Assembly (NCBI GenBank): GCA_903867855.1 | Contig: CAIPTA010000122.1 | Location: forward strand, 1 to 57,798 | DNA from: Oligoflexia bacterium | GTDB taxonomy: Bacteria > Bdellovibrionota > UBA1018 > CAIPTA01 | Direction: 5' to 3' | Length of the DNA stretch: 57,798 bases | In this document: positions 19,967-29,428 of the stretch, in pieces | How the letters are laid out: each line of letters starts with the position of its first letter | Numbering within the stretch: the stretch's first letter is position 1 | Position numbers and translations under genes: made by a program | Notes under the pieces: model-generated | Told to the model about the DNA's origin: nothing | What the model saw: the letters and a program-made list of their open reading frames with translations, nothing else | The model's database searches: none

Positions 19967-20869
19967 ATGTCTCGATTTATCTTAAAGAACGATAATTTCT
20001 TTTCGGATGCCAAAAAGCTGCGGGCTAGCTTTGAAGAAAAGTTTGCCGATCCCAAAGCGGCAAGCTCGAATCGCTTTGTGTGGGACTATTGGCATGTGCC
20101 GGGCCAGTATACTCAGCTGCGAACGCCCGCCTATCACTACTTTCCGCAAGCCACTTATAAAAAATTAGAACAACAACTTTTGCATTGGGGGCGCCGCACC
20201 TTAGGTTGCGATGGCATCACCCCTCCTTGGCTCAGTTGCTATATCGATGGCTGTGAGCAGGAAATTCACTCTGATGTGCCCCATGGCCCTTGGGCATTTG
20301 TGTTTTCCTTAACGAAGTGGCGGCAGCGCAAGTTTAAAGGTGGTGAAACTTTTCTCCTCAAGCCCAGTGTGCTCGATTACTGGTCGAATTTTGTGGAGTC
20401 GGAGGATCGGGAGCGGGATGGTTTTCTGGATTTCGTGGCGCCTGAATTTAATCGGCTCACGGTGTTTGATCCACGCTTTCCCCATGGGGTGAGAAGAGTT
20501 TCTGGCGTGCAGGATCCAATGCAGGGGCGCCTCGTGATCCATGGTTGGTTCACGGAACCGAAGCCTTTTCTGGAGGGTGCGCTTACTGCGAAACAAGCGG
20601 CCCCCATACTAGACGAAGCCGTAGAAAAGTTTGCAGCAGAATTGCTGCGCTTTGGCAATTGGCACGGCACTTTGAGTTTGCGATTACAAGTTTCTGCCGC
20701 AGGTAAACTTACTGGGCTTTCCAGTTTAGCCAATACACTCTTGCCCTTGCAGGCAGATCAAGGGGCAGTAGCCAAAATACAACGAAGCTTGAAAACAGCG
20801 TTTCATTCCATTCATTTTCCAAGAGCAAAGGGAAAAACAGAGATCACTTTACCTCTGCTTTTCCGTTGA
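19967..20869 (+). CDS. 2OG-Fe(II) oxygenase superfamily protein with an extra C-terminal domain
   Basis: HSD (HxD), GGET, FNRLTVFD, PHGV and GRLVIHGWF: HxD...H facial triad plus the 2OG-binding Arg. Confidence 0.8.
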   Translation: MSRFILKNDNFFSDAKKLRASFEEKFADPKAASSNRFVWDYWHVPGQYTQLRTPAYHYFPQATYKKLEQQLLHWGRRTLGCDGITPPWLSCYIDGCEQEIHSDVPHGPWAFVFSLTKWRQRKFKGGETFLLKPSVLDYWSNFVESEDRERDGFLDFVAPEFNRLTVFDPRFPHGVRRVSGVQDPMQGRLVIHGWFTEPKPFLEGALTAKQAAPILDEAVEKFAAELLRFGNWHGTLSLRLQVSAAGKLTGLSSLANTLLPLQADQGAVAKIQRSLKTAFHSIHFPRAKGKTEITLPLLFR

Positions 20870-20895
20870 GGCTTATGATAGGCTCCGGCAATCCA

Positions 20896-23406
20896 ATGAA
20901 CTTTCAAACCTTATTTCAACGATATGCCGCTTGGATAGAGCGTAGTCACCGAAGCATCTTGCTTGTTTCGCTCATTATTTCGCTGTTCGGTTTTTGGTAT
21001 TCTGGTCAGCTCTATAAAAATTTGCGCACCGATATTGAAGAACTATTGCCTGCTTCCGCACCGAGTGTGCAGGATCTAAAAAAAGCTACAGGTAGATTCA
21101 CTGGCCTGAATCACTTGGAAATTGTGATCGAGAGCGATGATGCTGCGGCAGCGAAACGTCTCCAGATTGATATCGCGAAAAAACTTTCTCAGCTTTCTCC
21201 AGAGGTGGTGGCGAAAGTAAAAAATAATATCCGCACAGAGCGTGAGTTTTTTGAAAAGCGTAAATCGCTCTATATCGATCTCTCGGATTGGCGTGCCATT
21301 GCAGATTATGTGCATGATAAAATCCGCGCGGAACGCAAAAAGGCATTTTCCCTAGGCATTGACGATGAAGAAGATAAGCCTGTGGAGACCTTTAGCTTCA
21401 GTCGCCTTCGCAAAAAATATTCGAATCGCTCCATTCGCTTTGCCAATTTTAAGGATGATTATTTTCAATCGAAGGATGGTCACACTCATATCGTGCTCGC
21501 GTTTTTGCCGGGCAAGGTTACGGAGATGTCGGGCAATGAGCGGCTCTCTGAATCGGCCTCAAAAATTATTCAGGATCTGAACCCAAAAAGCTATGCGTCC
21601 GACATGGTGGTAGGGCTCGGCGGAGATGTGCAAAATATGGTGGAGGAGCACCATGGTCTCGTAAACGATCTTGTAACTTCTTTTGTGATCGTAACTGCTT
21701 TTGTTACCCTCGTGCTTTTCTTTTTCTATCGCAGCGTGGGGGCGGTAACAGCGCTTTCGCTTGCTCTTTTTGCTGGCACGGGTTGGACATTTGGTCTCAG
21801 CTATTTTCTTGTGGGTTACTTAAATGCGAACACCGCGTTCTTAGGTTCCATCGTTCTAGGCAACGGGATCAATTTTGGAATCATCCTGATGGCGCGCTAC
21901 CTCGAGGATCGCCGCCAGGGGATTTCTGTTACCGATGCTCTCTCAAATAGCATGTATGTTACCGCGCGTCCCACACTTACGGCGGCTCTAGCAGCCGCTT
22001 GTTCCTATGGATCTCTCATGATCACCAATTTTCGCGGCTTCAATCAGTTTGGGGTGATTGGGGCAGTGGGCATGGCGCTATGTTGGATCGCCTCCTACAC
22101 AATTATGCCGGCGCTGATCGTGGCGTTTGAAAAGCGAAATTGGATTCGCTTCACTTTAAGAGATTCGAAGCTGCCGTTTATGCGCACGGTTGCTTCTCTG
22201 CTACTACGCACCCATGTTTTGGTTTGTGTGTTTAGTGTGGTGCTCGCGGTAGCGGCGCTGATGGGTGTGATGAAGTTTTCTCGAAATACGTTGGAGAGCG
22301 ATCTCTCTAAGCTGCGCAATAAAGAATCCTTGCTCCATGGCTCGGGCTATTGGGGGCGCAAAGTAGACGATGCCTTTAATAGCAATATCACTCCCACGAT
22401 GGTGCTCACGAATAGTCATGACGATGCCTTGAAGGTATACGCGGAGCTGAAAAAGATTCAGCAGCGCGAGGGAACAAGTTCTCCATTTTCTACTCTTAAC
22501 GTGGTGGATGATTTTATCCCTCAGAATCAAGCAGAGAAATTGGAACTAATGAAGGAAGTATCTGGCGAACTCACGCCAAAGGTGCTGAAGCGATTAAAGC
22601 CTGAGGAGCTCAAGCGCATCGATGAGTTTTTGCCAAAGGAACCGCCGCCTCAATTACAGGCCAAAGATTTACCGCCCGATATTCTTGCCAATTTTACCGA
22701 GAGCGATGGAAAAATTGGCACGATGGTGAACGTATATCCTCGTTTGAATAAAGCGCATTTGTTTACAGAAAAGAACGAGAAGGCGGAAGGTACCTGGAAT
22801 GGTGAAGAAGTGATTCGCTATACGGCATTGTTGCGCGAGGCGATTCATAACTCCGGCGTGAGTGCTGTGATTGCAGGGCAGCCACCAATCTCTGCCGATA
22901 TGCTCGCGGCGATTTCGGTGGATGGACCAAAAGCGACGCTTTGGGCTTTCTTGCTGGTGATGATCTTAGTGATCTTGATGTTTCCCAATTGGCGGCATGC
23001 GGGAGCAATTCTCGGTTCGCTTTGGCTTGGCGTGCTTTGGATGGGCGGAGTAATGGCCTTCTTTGGTTGGAAAATTAATTTCCTAAACTTTATCACCCTG
23101 CCGATTACCTTTGGAATCGGCGTGGACTACGCCGTGAATATCCTCGGCCGCATCCATGAAGACAAAGAAGGAAACGCGGATCGTTCTATTTTGAGTGTGG
23201 TGGGAAATACGGGCGGGGCTGTTTTACTTTGCTCTTCCACTACTATTATTGGCTATAGTTCTTTGTTGATTTCTGGAAGCCAGGCCTTTACTAGTTTCGG
23301 TAGACTAGCTGTGCTGGGAGAGCTTACCTGCATCACGGCTGCAATTATCGCGCTTCCCGCTTTTTGGCTACTTTTCCAAAAGCTCACTCGCCGAGCGCAG
23401 ACTTAA
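20896..23406 (+). CDS. MMPL-family (RND superfamily) transporter
   Basis: Two-repeat 1+5 TM architecture, GNGINFGI and GIGVDYAV, TTIIGYSSL. Confidence 0.88.
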   Translation: MNFQTLFQRYAAWIERSHRSILLVSLIISLFGFWYSGQLYKNLRTDIEELLPASAPSVQDLKKATGRFTGLNHLEIVIESDDAAAAKRLQIDIAKKLSQLSPEVVAKVKNNIRTEREFFEKRKSLYIDLSDWRAIADYVHDKIRAERKKAFSLGIDDEEDKPVETFSFSRLRKKYSNRSIRFANFKDDYFQSKDGHTHIVLAFLPGKVTEMSGNERLSESASKIIQDLNPKSYASDMVVGLGGDVQNMVEEHHGLVNDLVTSFVIVTAFVTLVLFFFYRSVGAVTALSLALFAGTGWTFGLSYFLVGYLNANTAFLGSIVLGNGINFGIILMARYLEDRRQGISVTDALSNSMYVTARPTLTAALAAACSYGSLMITNFRGFNQFGVIGAVGMALCWIASYTIMPALIVAFEKRNWIRFTLRDSKLPFMRTVASLLLRTHVLVCVFSVVLAVAALMGVMKFSRNTLESDLSKLRNKESLLHGSGYWGRKVDDAFNSNITPTMVLTNSHDDALKVYAELKKIQQREGTSSPFSTLNVVDDFIPQNQAEKLELMKEVSGELTPKVLKRLKPEELKRIDEFLPKEPPPQLQAKDLPPDILANFTESDGKIGTMVNVYPRLNKAHLFTEKNEKAEGTWNGEEVIRYTALLREAIHNSGVSAVIAGQPPISADMLAAISVDGPKATLWAFLLVMILVILMFPNWRHAGAILGSLWLGVLWMGGVMAFFGWKINFLNFITLPITFGIGVDYAVNILGRIHEDKEGNADRSILSVVGNTGGAVLLCSSTTIIGYSSLLISGSQAFTSFGRLAVLGELTCITAAIIALPAFWLLFQKLTRRAQT

Positions 23407-23725
23407 GCTTCGATTCTGTGTCGAGCGCCTTCTGAATCGTTGGGGTTGGCGATCTCACCATCGTGTTCCCGGCCACAACATCACTGCCAATGGGCAATTC
23501 AATCACCACGGAATTTGTGCCAACGGCGCTAATCTTAAATTTAAAGGGGGAGCGCATGAAGTAAAGAGAATCACCCGATTTTAGGCTCAGTACTTTTCCG
23601 GTGAGCGTGGCTTGTGAGCTGGTCAGGCTGCTAACAGTGAATATATCATCCACCGTATTTGCAGCTATCGCTGGTTGAGCCACAAACAATAGGGCGATAA
23701 TAGCGGAAAAAAGTATGCGAACCAT
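23384..23725 (-). CDS. Small secreted hypothetical protein
   Basis: Signal peptide (AIA) and a GGAGG RBS upstream of ATG 23725. Confidence 0.6.
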   Translation of the reverse strand: MVRILFSAIIALLFVAQPAIAANTVDDIFTVSSLTSSQATLTGKVLSLKSGDSLYFMRSPFKFKISAVGTNSVVIELPIGSDVVAGNTMVRSPTPTIQKALDTESKLKSALGE

Positions 23726-23821
23726 GAAAGCCTCCGTGCTCTCTCTAGTATAGAGCGTTTCCGATCCCTTGTACATTTCCTCACTTGCCCTTCGCGGGTC
23801 TATCTTTTAGAGTTTAGCGAT

Positions 23822-24805
23822 ATGATAAAACTACTCTCGATTCTCTTATCCGTATTCACGTTAAACGCCGGCGCCGCACCGTTAAAGGTAGCTTTGGTAT
23901 TAGATAAGGGTGGCAAAGACGATAAGTCGTTCAATGCTGCGGCTTTCGCGGGAGCCACCAAGGCCCAAAGCGAGTTAGGGATTACCTTGAAGGCGGTAGA
24001 AACAACCGACGATACTGCTGTGGAAAATACGATGCGCAGTTTTGCCGGAAAAGACTTTGATCTCATCATCGGCATTGGTTTTGCCCAAGCTGAAGCGCTT
24101 CGTAAGGCGGCCACGGCTTTTCCAGCGAAACACTTTGCCATCGTGGATGCGGATGTAAATCTTCCCAACGTGCGATCGCTACTCTTTGAAGAGCACCAAG
24201 GCTCTTACCTAGTTGGTGCCTTGTCGGCAATGGCTTCGAAGACGGGAAAGATTGGATTTATTGGCGGGATGGATGTGCCGCTGATTCGTCGATTTCAAAT
24301 GGGCTTTGTGGCTGGTGTAAAAAAAGTGAATCCGAAGGCTATGCTTTCCACTAACTATGTTGGCGTGACGAGTGATAGCTGGAACAATCCAGCAAAATCT
24401 AAAGAGCTTGCGCTCACCCAATATGGCGCCGGCACAGATGTAATTTTCGCAGCGGCGGGAGCCTCTAATAGCGGTGTGTTCGATGCAGCCGAAGAGAAAA
24501 AAGTTTTTGTGATTGGAGTAGATTCCAACCAAAACTGGGTAAAGCCAGGCAGAGTGCTCACGAGCATGCTGAAGCGAGTGGATTTGGCTGTTTATGCTGC
24601 AATTCAAGATTCGATTAAGGGCAAATTCACTGCCGGTGCGGAGCGCTTTGGATTAAAAAATCACGGAGTGGATTTCGCCGTGGACCAATATAACCAAGCG
24701 CTGATAACTCCTGAAATGCAGAAAAAACTCGAAGCTTTGAAGGCCGAGATCATCGCTGGAAAAATTGTTGTTCCTGATTACTACAAATTGAATGGAAAAA
24801 AATAA
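23822..24805 (+). CDS. BMP-family nucleoside ABC transporter substrate-binding protein
   Basis: GGKDDKSFN, IGVDSNQ and TSMLKRVD (PnrA/TmpC/NupN family). Confidence 0.92.
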   Translation: MIKLLSILLSVFTLNAGAAPLKVALVLDKGGKDDKSFNAAAFAGATKAQSELGITLKAVETTDDTAVENTMRSFAGKDFDLIIGIGFAQAEALRKAATAFPAKHFAIVDADVNLPNVRSLLFEEHQGSYLVGALSAMASKTGKIGFIGGMDVPLIRRFQMGFVAGVKKVNPKAMLSTNYVGVTSDSWNNPAKSKELALTQYGAGTDVIFAAAGASNSGVFDAAEEKKVFVIGVDSNQNWVKPGRVLTSMLKRVDLAVYAAIQDSIKGKFTAGAERFGLKNHGVDFAVDQYNQALITPEMQKKLEALKAEIIAGKIVVPDYYKLNGKK

Positions 24806-26330
24806 CCCAGCCCTGATTGAATTTCGCCAAGTACGAAAAGTATTCGGCTCTGTCGTCGCGAACGATGAGGTAAATCTACAAATTAAATCTGGCTCAATCC
24901 ACGCCATCGTAGGCGAAAATGGAGCTGGAAAATCCACTGCCATGAAACTCTTGTACGCTCAATATGCGAAGAGTGCAGGCGAGATCCTTTTTCGGGGAAA
25001 TACCACTAATTGGAAATCCCCGAGAGATGCTATTCATGCTGGAATCGGAATGGTTCATCAGCACTTCATGCTCGCAGAGACGCACACCGCCTTGGAAAAT
25101 ATTTTGCTGGAATCGGATCTTCCCTTTTGGAAGCCCTATGGGAAAAAAGAAGCACGGGCGCGTCTCACGGAACTGGCAAAAAAATATCATTTAGAAATTA
25201 ACTTCGATGCGCTTGTGAGCGAACTTTCTGTGGGTGAGCAGCAGCGCCTTGAGATCTTAAAGCTGCTCTATGCAAATTCCGAAGTGCTCATCTTGGATGA
25301 ACCAACGGCCGTGCTCACGCCCCAAGAAATTATTGCGCTCTTCGAGAACTTACGACGTCTCCGCGCCGAAGGTAAAACGATTCTGCTCATCACCCATAAG
25401 TTAAAAGAAGTGATGCAGTTTGCAGATTGTGTAACCGTGTTTCGAGCGGGAAGAGTGGTGGCTCATCGAGAAGTGATTGATACCAGCACTGCGGAATTAG
25501 CGGATCTCATGGTGGGGCAAAAAGTAGAACTAGGAAGGCCTTGGCCCATTCCATGTAAACCTCGAGAAGCCATTCTTTCGCTGGAAGAGATTTCTTATCC
25601 GAGTGCAGGGTCCAAATTGCGCTTAGACGGAATAAATCTGCAAGTTCAGGCCGGAGAAATTGTGGGCATTGCGGGAGTGGAAGGAAATGGACAAAGCGAT
25701 CTCATTCGCTTTCTACTTTCTCCGAAGGAATTTCCCCATCAAGGCACAATTCGTTTATTTGGAGAACCTATTGACCAATGTAGCGCACCTCAAGTGCGGA
25801 AAAAAAGTGTGGGCTTGCTGGCGGAAGATCGCCTAAAAGAAGCGCTTTTGCTCAACCGAGATTTAGAGGCAAATTTTCTTCTCGGCAATCAAGGTGCTGT
25901 AGAATTTCAGCGCAGGGGAATTTTGCAGAAAAAAGAGATTCTCAAAACAGTGCATCACGCGATCGAAGAGTATGATGTGCGCCCACGAAAAATCGAAAAC
26001 TCTGCCCGCTCTTTCTCTGGCGGAAACCAACAAAAATTTGTGGTGGCGAGGGAACTATACCGCAAGCCGAAGTTCTTGTTAGCGGCACAACCCACGCGCG
26101 GAGTAGATGTGGGTGCCATTGAGTTTATTCACCGTAAATTATTTGAAGCACGCGATGCGGGAGCGGGGATTCTCTTGATTTCTTCTGAACTAGAGGAAGT
26201 GCTGCGTCTCTCAGATCGCGTGCTCGTGATGTTTGCTGGAAAAATAGTGGCAGAATTTTCTCGTGCCACAGCAAATGAATCCAATGTGGGATTAGCCATG
26301 ATGGGTGGAAAGAGGGCGAACTATGCCTAA
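24792..26330 (+). CDS. Nucleoside/sugar ABC transporter ATP-binding protein (duplicated ABC domain)
   Basis: GENGAGKST, LDEPTAVL, FSGGNQQK and QPTRGVD. Confidence 0.93.
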   Translation: MEKNNPALIEFRQVRKVFGSVVANDEVNLQIKSGSIHAIVGENGAGKSTAMKLLYAQYAKSAGEILFRGNTTNWKSPRDAIHAGIGMVHQHFMLAETHTALENILLESDLPFWKPYGKKEARARLTELAKKYHLEINFDALVSELSVGEQQRLEILKLLYANSEVLILDEPTAVLTPQEIIALFENLRRLRAEGKTILLITHKLKEVMQFADCVTVFRAGRVVAHREVIDTSTAELADLMVGQKVELGRPWPIPCKPREAILSLEEISYPSAGSKLRLDGINLQVQAGEIVGIAGVEGNGQSDLIRFLLSPKEFPHQGTIRLFGEPIDQCSAPQVRKKSVGLLAEDRLKEALLLNRDLEANFLLGNQGAVEFQRRGILQKKEILKTVHHAIEEYDVRPRKIENSARSFSGGNQQKFVVARELYRKPKFLLAAQPTRGVDVGAIEFIHRKLFEARDAGAGILLISSELEEVLRLSDRVLVMFAGKIVAEFSRATANESNVGLAMMGGKRANYA

Positions 26331-27381
26331 GCATGGTTTTATCTATACTATTTCCACTTTGCTCGGCCTCGCGCTCGGAATTATCGCTGGCTTAGTGGTT
26401 ACTAAATTTGCGGGAGAGAATCCTCTGCATGTGCTGCAGGTGATTATTCATAGTGCTTTTGGATCTCGCTATGATTTAGGTCTCACCCTCTTTTATGCCA
26501 CTCCGCTAATTTTTTGTGGGCTCTCCGTGGCGATGGCACTCAATGCAGGTTTATTTTCCATCGGCGCGGAAGGGCAACTGAATATCGGTGCTCTCGCGGC
26601 AGCAGCAGTAGGTGCCTGCCTCCCCAATGTGCCGGGAATTTTGGCTCCCTGCTTAGCCCTTCTTGCAGCGGCGCTGGCGGGCGGAATTTGGGCTTGGATT
26701 CCGGGATGGCTTCGGGTGGTAAAGGGCAGCCACGAAGTGATCAATACGATCATGATGAATTTTATTGCCTACGCTTTTTGCGGTTGGATTGTGCGCGTTT
26801 ATTTGCAGAACCCTGCCAGTCAAAATCCGGAAACCAAGGATATGGGCGCGGCCTATTTCATTAGAGCCCATGATCCGATCGCTCATTTTTTTGGCGATGC
26901 GCCGGTGAGCATGGCATTTCCGATCGCGCTCCTGATCGCACTTTTGCTTTGGTTATTTTTGGAAAAAACAAAATTAGGTTTTGAGCTAAAGGCTTGCGGC
27001 GAAAATGAAGACGCTGCCAAACTCGCTGGTATCCCAGTGAAACGCCTTCGCTTGCTGGCTATGGTTTTGGCTGGTGCGCTCGCGGGATGGGTGGCCTTGC
27101 CAGAGGTTTTGGGAAATGTGGGCAGGTATCGTATTGGATTTTCTGCTGACTATGGTTTCATTGGCATCGCGGTGGCTCTCTTGGCTCAAAATAATCCTTT
27201 GCTCGTGGTGCCTGCGGGTATTCTTTTTGGCGCGCTTCACAAGGGGGCGGGAGATTTAGACATCGAAACAGAGCATGTTACCCGCGATCTTTCTCTCATC
27301 ATTCAAGCCCTCGTGATTCTCAGCGTTTCCTTGAGCGCCTATTTCCCACTTTGGTGGATGAATCGGAGAAAAAAACCATGA
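26323..27381 (+). CDS. Nucleoside ABC transporter permease 1
   Basis: GLFSIGAEGQ, HEVINTIMMN and GFIGIAVALL. Confidence 0.9.
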   Translation: MPKHGFIYTISTLLGLALGIIAGLVVTKFAGENPLHVLQVIIHSAFGSRYDLGLTLFYATPLIFCGLSVAMALNAGLFSIGAEGQLNIGALAAAAVGACLPNVPGILAPCLALLAAALAGGIWAWIPGWLRVVKGSHEVINTIMMNFIAYAFCGWIVRVYLQNPASQNPETKDMGAAYFIRAHDPIAHFFGDAPVSMAFPIALLIALLLWLFLEKTKLGFELKACGENEDAAKLAGIPVKRLRLLAMVLAGALAGWVALPEVLGNVGRYRIGFSADYGFIGIAVALLAQNNPLLVVPAGILFGALHKGAGDLDIETEHVTRDLSLIIQALVILSVSLSAYFPLWWMNRRKKP

Positions 27382-28235
27382 TGTTGATTTTCTTAAGCAC
27401 CTTGAGAATGTCTACTCCGCTGCTCTTTGCGGCCATTGGGGGAATGTTTTGTGAGCGATCTGGCGTGATCAATATTGCGCTGGAAGGATTCATGCTATTC
27501 GGCGCTTTTTTTGCGGCGGCTTTCACCATCGCCACGGGAAATCCGTGGCTGGGTTTAGCGGGTGCCCTCGCTGGCGGCGCGGCCTTCGGATTGCTCTATG
27601 GTTTGTTCGTGATCCAGTGGCGCATTAATCAGGTGGTAGCCGGCACAGCCTTTAATTTTCTCGCCATGGGTTTGATTCCCTTCGCGCTTAAAATCCTTTA
27701 TGGGTCTACAGGAGCCTCGCCCTCAATTCCGATCGAACAACGCTTCCAGATTTTTCCTGTTTTCGGGGCTTGGGGTATTACCGCCTTTGCTTGGTTTGTG
27801 CTTCGCTATACTCCCTATGGTCTCTGGCTAAGTTTTGCAGGAGAGAATCCCGAGGCGCTTGATGCGGCTGGGATATCAGTGCGCGGCGTGAGGTATTCTG
27901 CTGTGATGATTGGCTCTGCTCTTGCCGCTGCAGGTGGCGCCTCCCTTTCTATTTTTCTCTCCTCAGGGTATGCCAGAAATATGTCTGCCGGGCGTGGCTT
28001 CATGGCGTTAGCTGCACTTATTTTTGGAAAATGGCGACCCATCCCCGCTGCGCTCGCTTGTTTATTTTTTGCCTTCATGGAGGCCTTGCAGATTAGCGCG
28101 CAGAATATCACGGAGCTGCCTATTCCGGCTGAGTTCATTCAATGTCTTCCCTATCTCGCCACGATGATTGCCTTGGCTGGATTTGTGGGTAGCTCGAAGC
28201 CGCCGAAGCAGCTAGGAAACGCTTTCCCGCGATGA
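27378..28235 (+). CDS. Nucleoside ABC transporter permease 2
   Basis: ERSGVINIALEG, GENPEA and GRGFMALAALIFG. Confidence 0.9.
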   Translation: MMLIFLSTLRMSTPLLFAAIGGMFCERSGVINIALEGFMLFGAFFAAAFTIATGNPWLGLAGALAGGAAFGLLYGLFVIQWRINQVVAGTAFNFLAMGLIPFALKILYGSTGASPSIPIEQRFQIFPVFGAWGITAFAWFVLRYTPYGLWLSFAGENPEALDAAGISVRGVRYSAVMIGSALAAAGGASLSIFLSSGYARNMSAGRGFMALAALIFGKWRPIPAALACLFFAFMEALQISAQNITELPIPAEFIQCLPYLATMIALAGFVGSSKPPKQLGNAFPR

Positions 28236-29428
28236 GTGTCGTAAATCAAAAATATGATGTGATTATCCTGGGAGCTGGAGGTGCTGGTCTATTTTGTGCC
28301 GCCACTGCCGCGAGGCGAGGAAAAAAAGTGATTGCCCTCGATCATGGCGAGAAGCTCGGGAAAAAGATTTTAATCTCTGGTGGTGGGCGCTGTAACTTTA
28401 CGAATGTGAACGCCTCGGCCAAAACCTATTTTTCAGAAAATGAGCACTTTGCAAAATCTGCGCTGGCGCGTTTTACCCCAGAGGATTTTATTGCTCTCGT
28501 GAAAAAATATCATATTCCCTTTCATGAAAAAAAATTGGGGCAGTTATTTTGTGATGAGAGCGCGCAGCGGATTGTGGATTTGTTGGCCGCAGAATGCCGT
28601 GAGGCGGGCGCGAAAATACAGCTGGGTTGCCGGATTGAATCTGTGAAGAAACTTGGAGAGGGAGAGTTCCTTGTAGAGACATCTCTTGGCACATTCTCTT
28701 CTTCCGCAGTGGTGGTGGCTACTGGCGGCCCCTCGATCCCCAAAATTGGCGCTACTGATTTTGGGCAGCGTCTCGCGAAAGAATTTGGACTGGAGCTAAC
28801 AGGCCTAGATCCAGCACTCGTTTCTCTCACCATGAACCAGGATTTCCAGAAACGCTTTGGGGAACTAAGTGGCGTGAGCGTGGATACCGAAGTAAGAGTG
28901 GGGAAAGAAAAATTCCGCGAAAATATTTTGTTCACCCATACGGGCTTGAGTGGCCCCGCGATTTTGCAGGCTTCGCTGTATTGGTTTCCCGGTGAAGCGA
29001 TTGAAATCAATCTTTCTCCAGATATCAATATGGAAGAGATGTTATTAGAGAAAAAACGAAGTGGTGCGCGCACGGTATTAAAGAATAGTTTAGGTGAGCA
29101 ATACACGAAGCGTCTCGCAGAAATCCTGGTAGACAATTTTTTTGGTGAAGATGCTCCCCTTAGAGATCTGAGTGATGCGAAGATCAAGGCCTTTGCCCAG
29201 CAGATAATGAAGTGGCGGCTTATTCCTGTGGATACTGGTGGCTATGGAAAAGCGGAAGTGACTCGCGGCGGAGTGAAAACCTCAGAGCTCTCTTCAAAAA
29301 CGATGGAGAGTAAAAAAGTGCCTGGGCTCTTTTTCATCGGCGAAGTGGTGGATGTAACGGGCCGCCTCGGAGGCTATAATTTTCAGTGGGCTTGGGCCTC
29401 AGGCTTTGCGGCGGGGGAATCGGTTTGA
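28232..29428 (+). CDS. HI0933/BaiN/YhiN-family flavoprotein
   Basis: GAGGAG, KILISGGGRCNFTN, LFTHTGLSGP and GGYNFQWAWASG. Confidence 0.93.
   Translation: MSVVNQKYDVIILGAGGAGLFCAATAARRGKKVIALDHGEKLGKKILISGGGRCNFTNVNASAKTYFSENEHFAKSALARFTPEDFIALVKKYHIPFHEKKLGQLFCDESAQRIVDLLAAECREAGAKIQLGCRIESVKKLGEGEFLVETSLGTFSSSAVVVATGGPSIPKIGATDFGQRLAKEFGLELTGLDPALVSLTMNQDFQKRFGELSGVSVDTEVRVGKEKFRENILFTHTGLSGPAILQASLYWFPGEAIEINLSPDINMEEMLLEKKRSGARTVLKNSLGEQYTKRLAEILVDNFFGEDAPLRDLSDAKIKAFAQQIMKWRLIPVDTGGYGKAEVTRGGVKTSELSSKTMESKKVPGLFFIGEVVDVTGRLGGYNFQWAWASGFAAGESV

Noticed and set aside
28522-29187. 221-aa antisense ORF inside the HI0933 gene, and many similar short overlapping ORFs
   Set aside because: Ser/Arg/Pro-rich composition typical of non-coding frames, fully overlapping confident genes.
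29399-29428. Convergent 3' gene overlaps (also 2490-2513, 23384-23406, 45237-45249)
   Set aside because: Short tail-to-tail overlaps are common in compact genomes.
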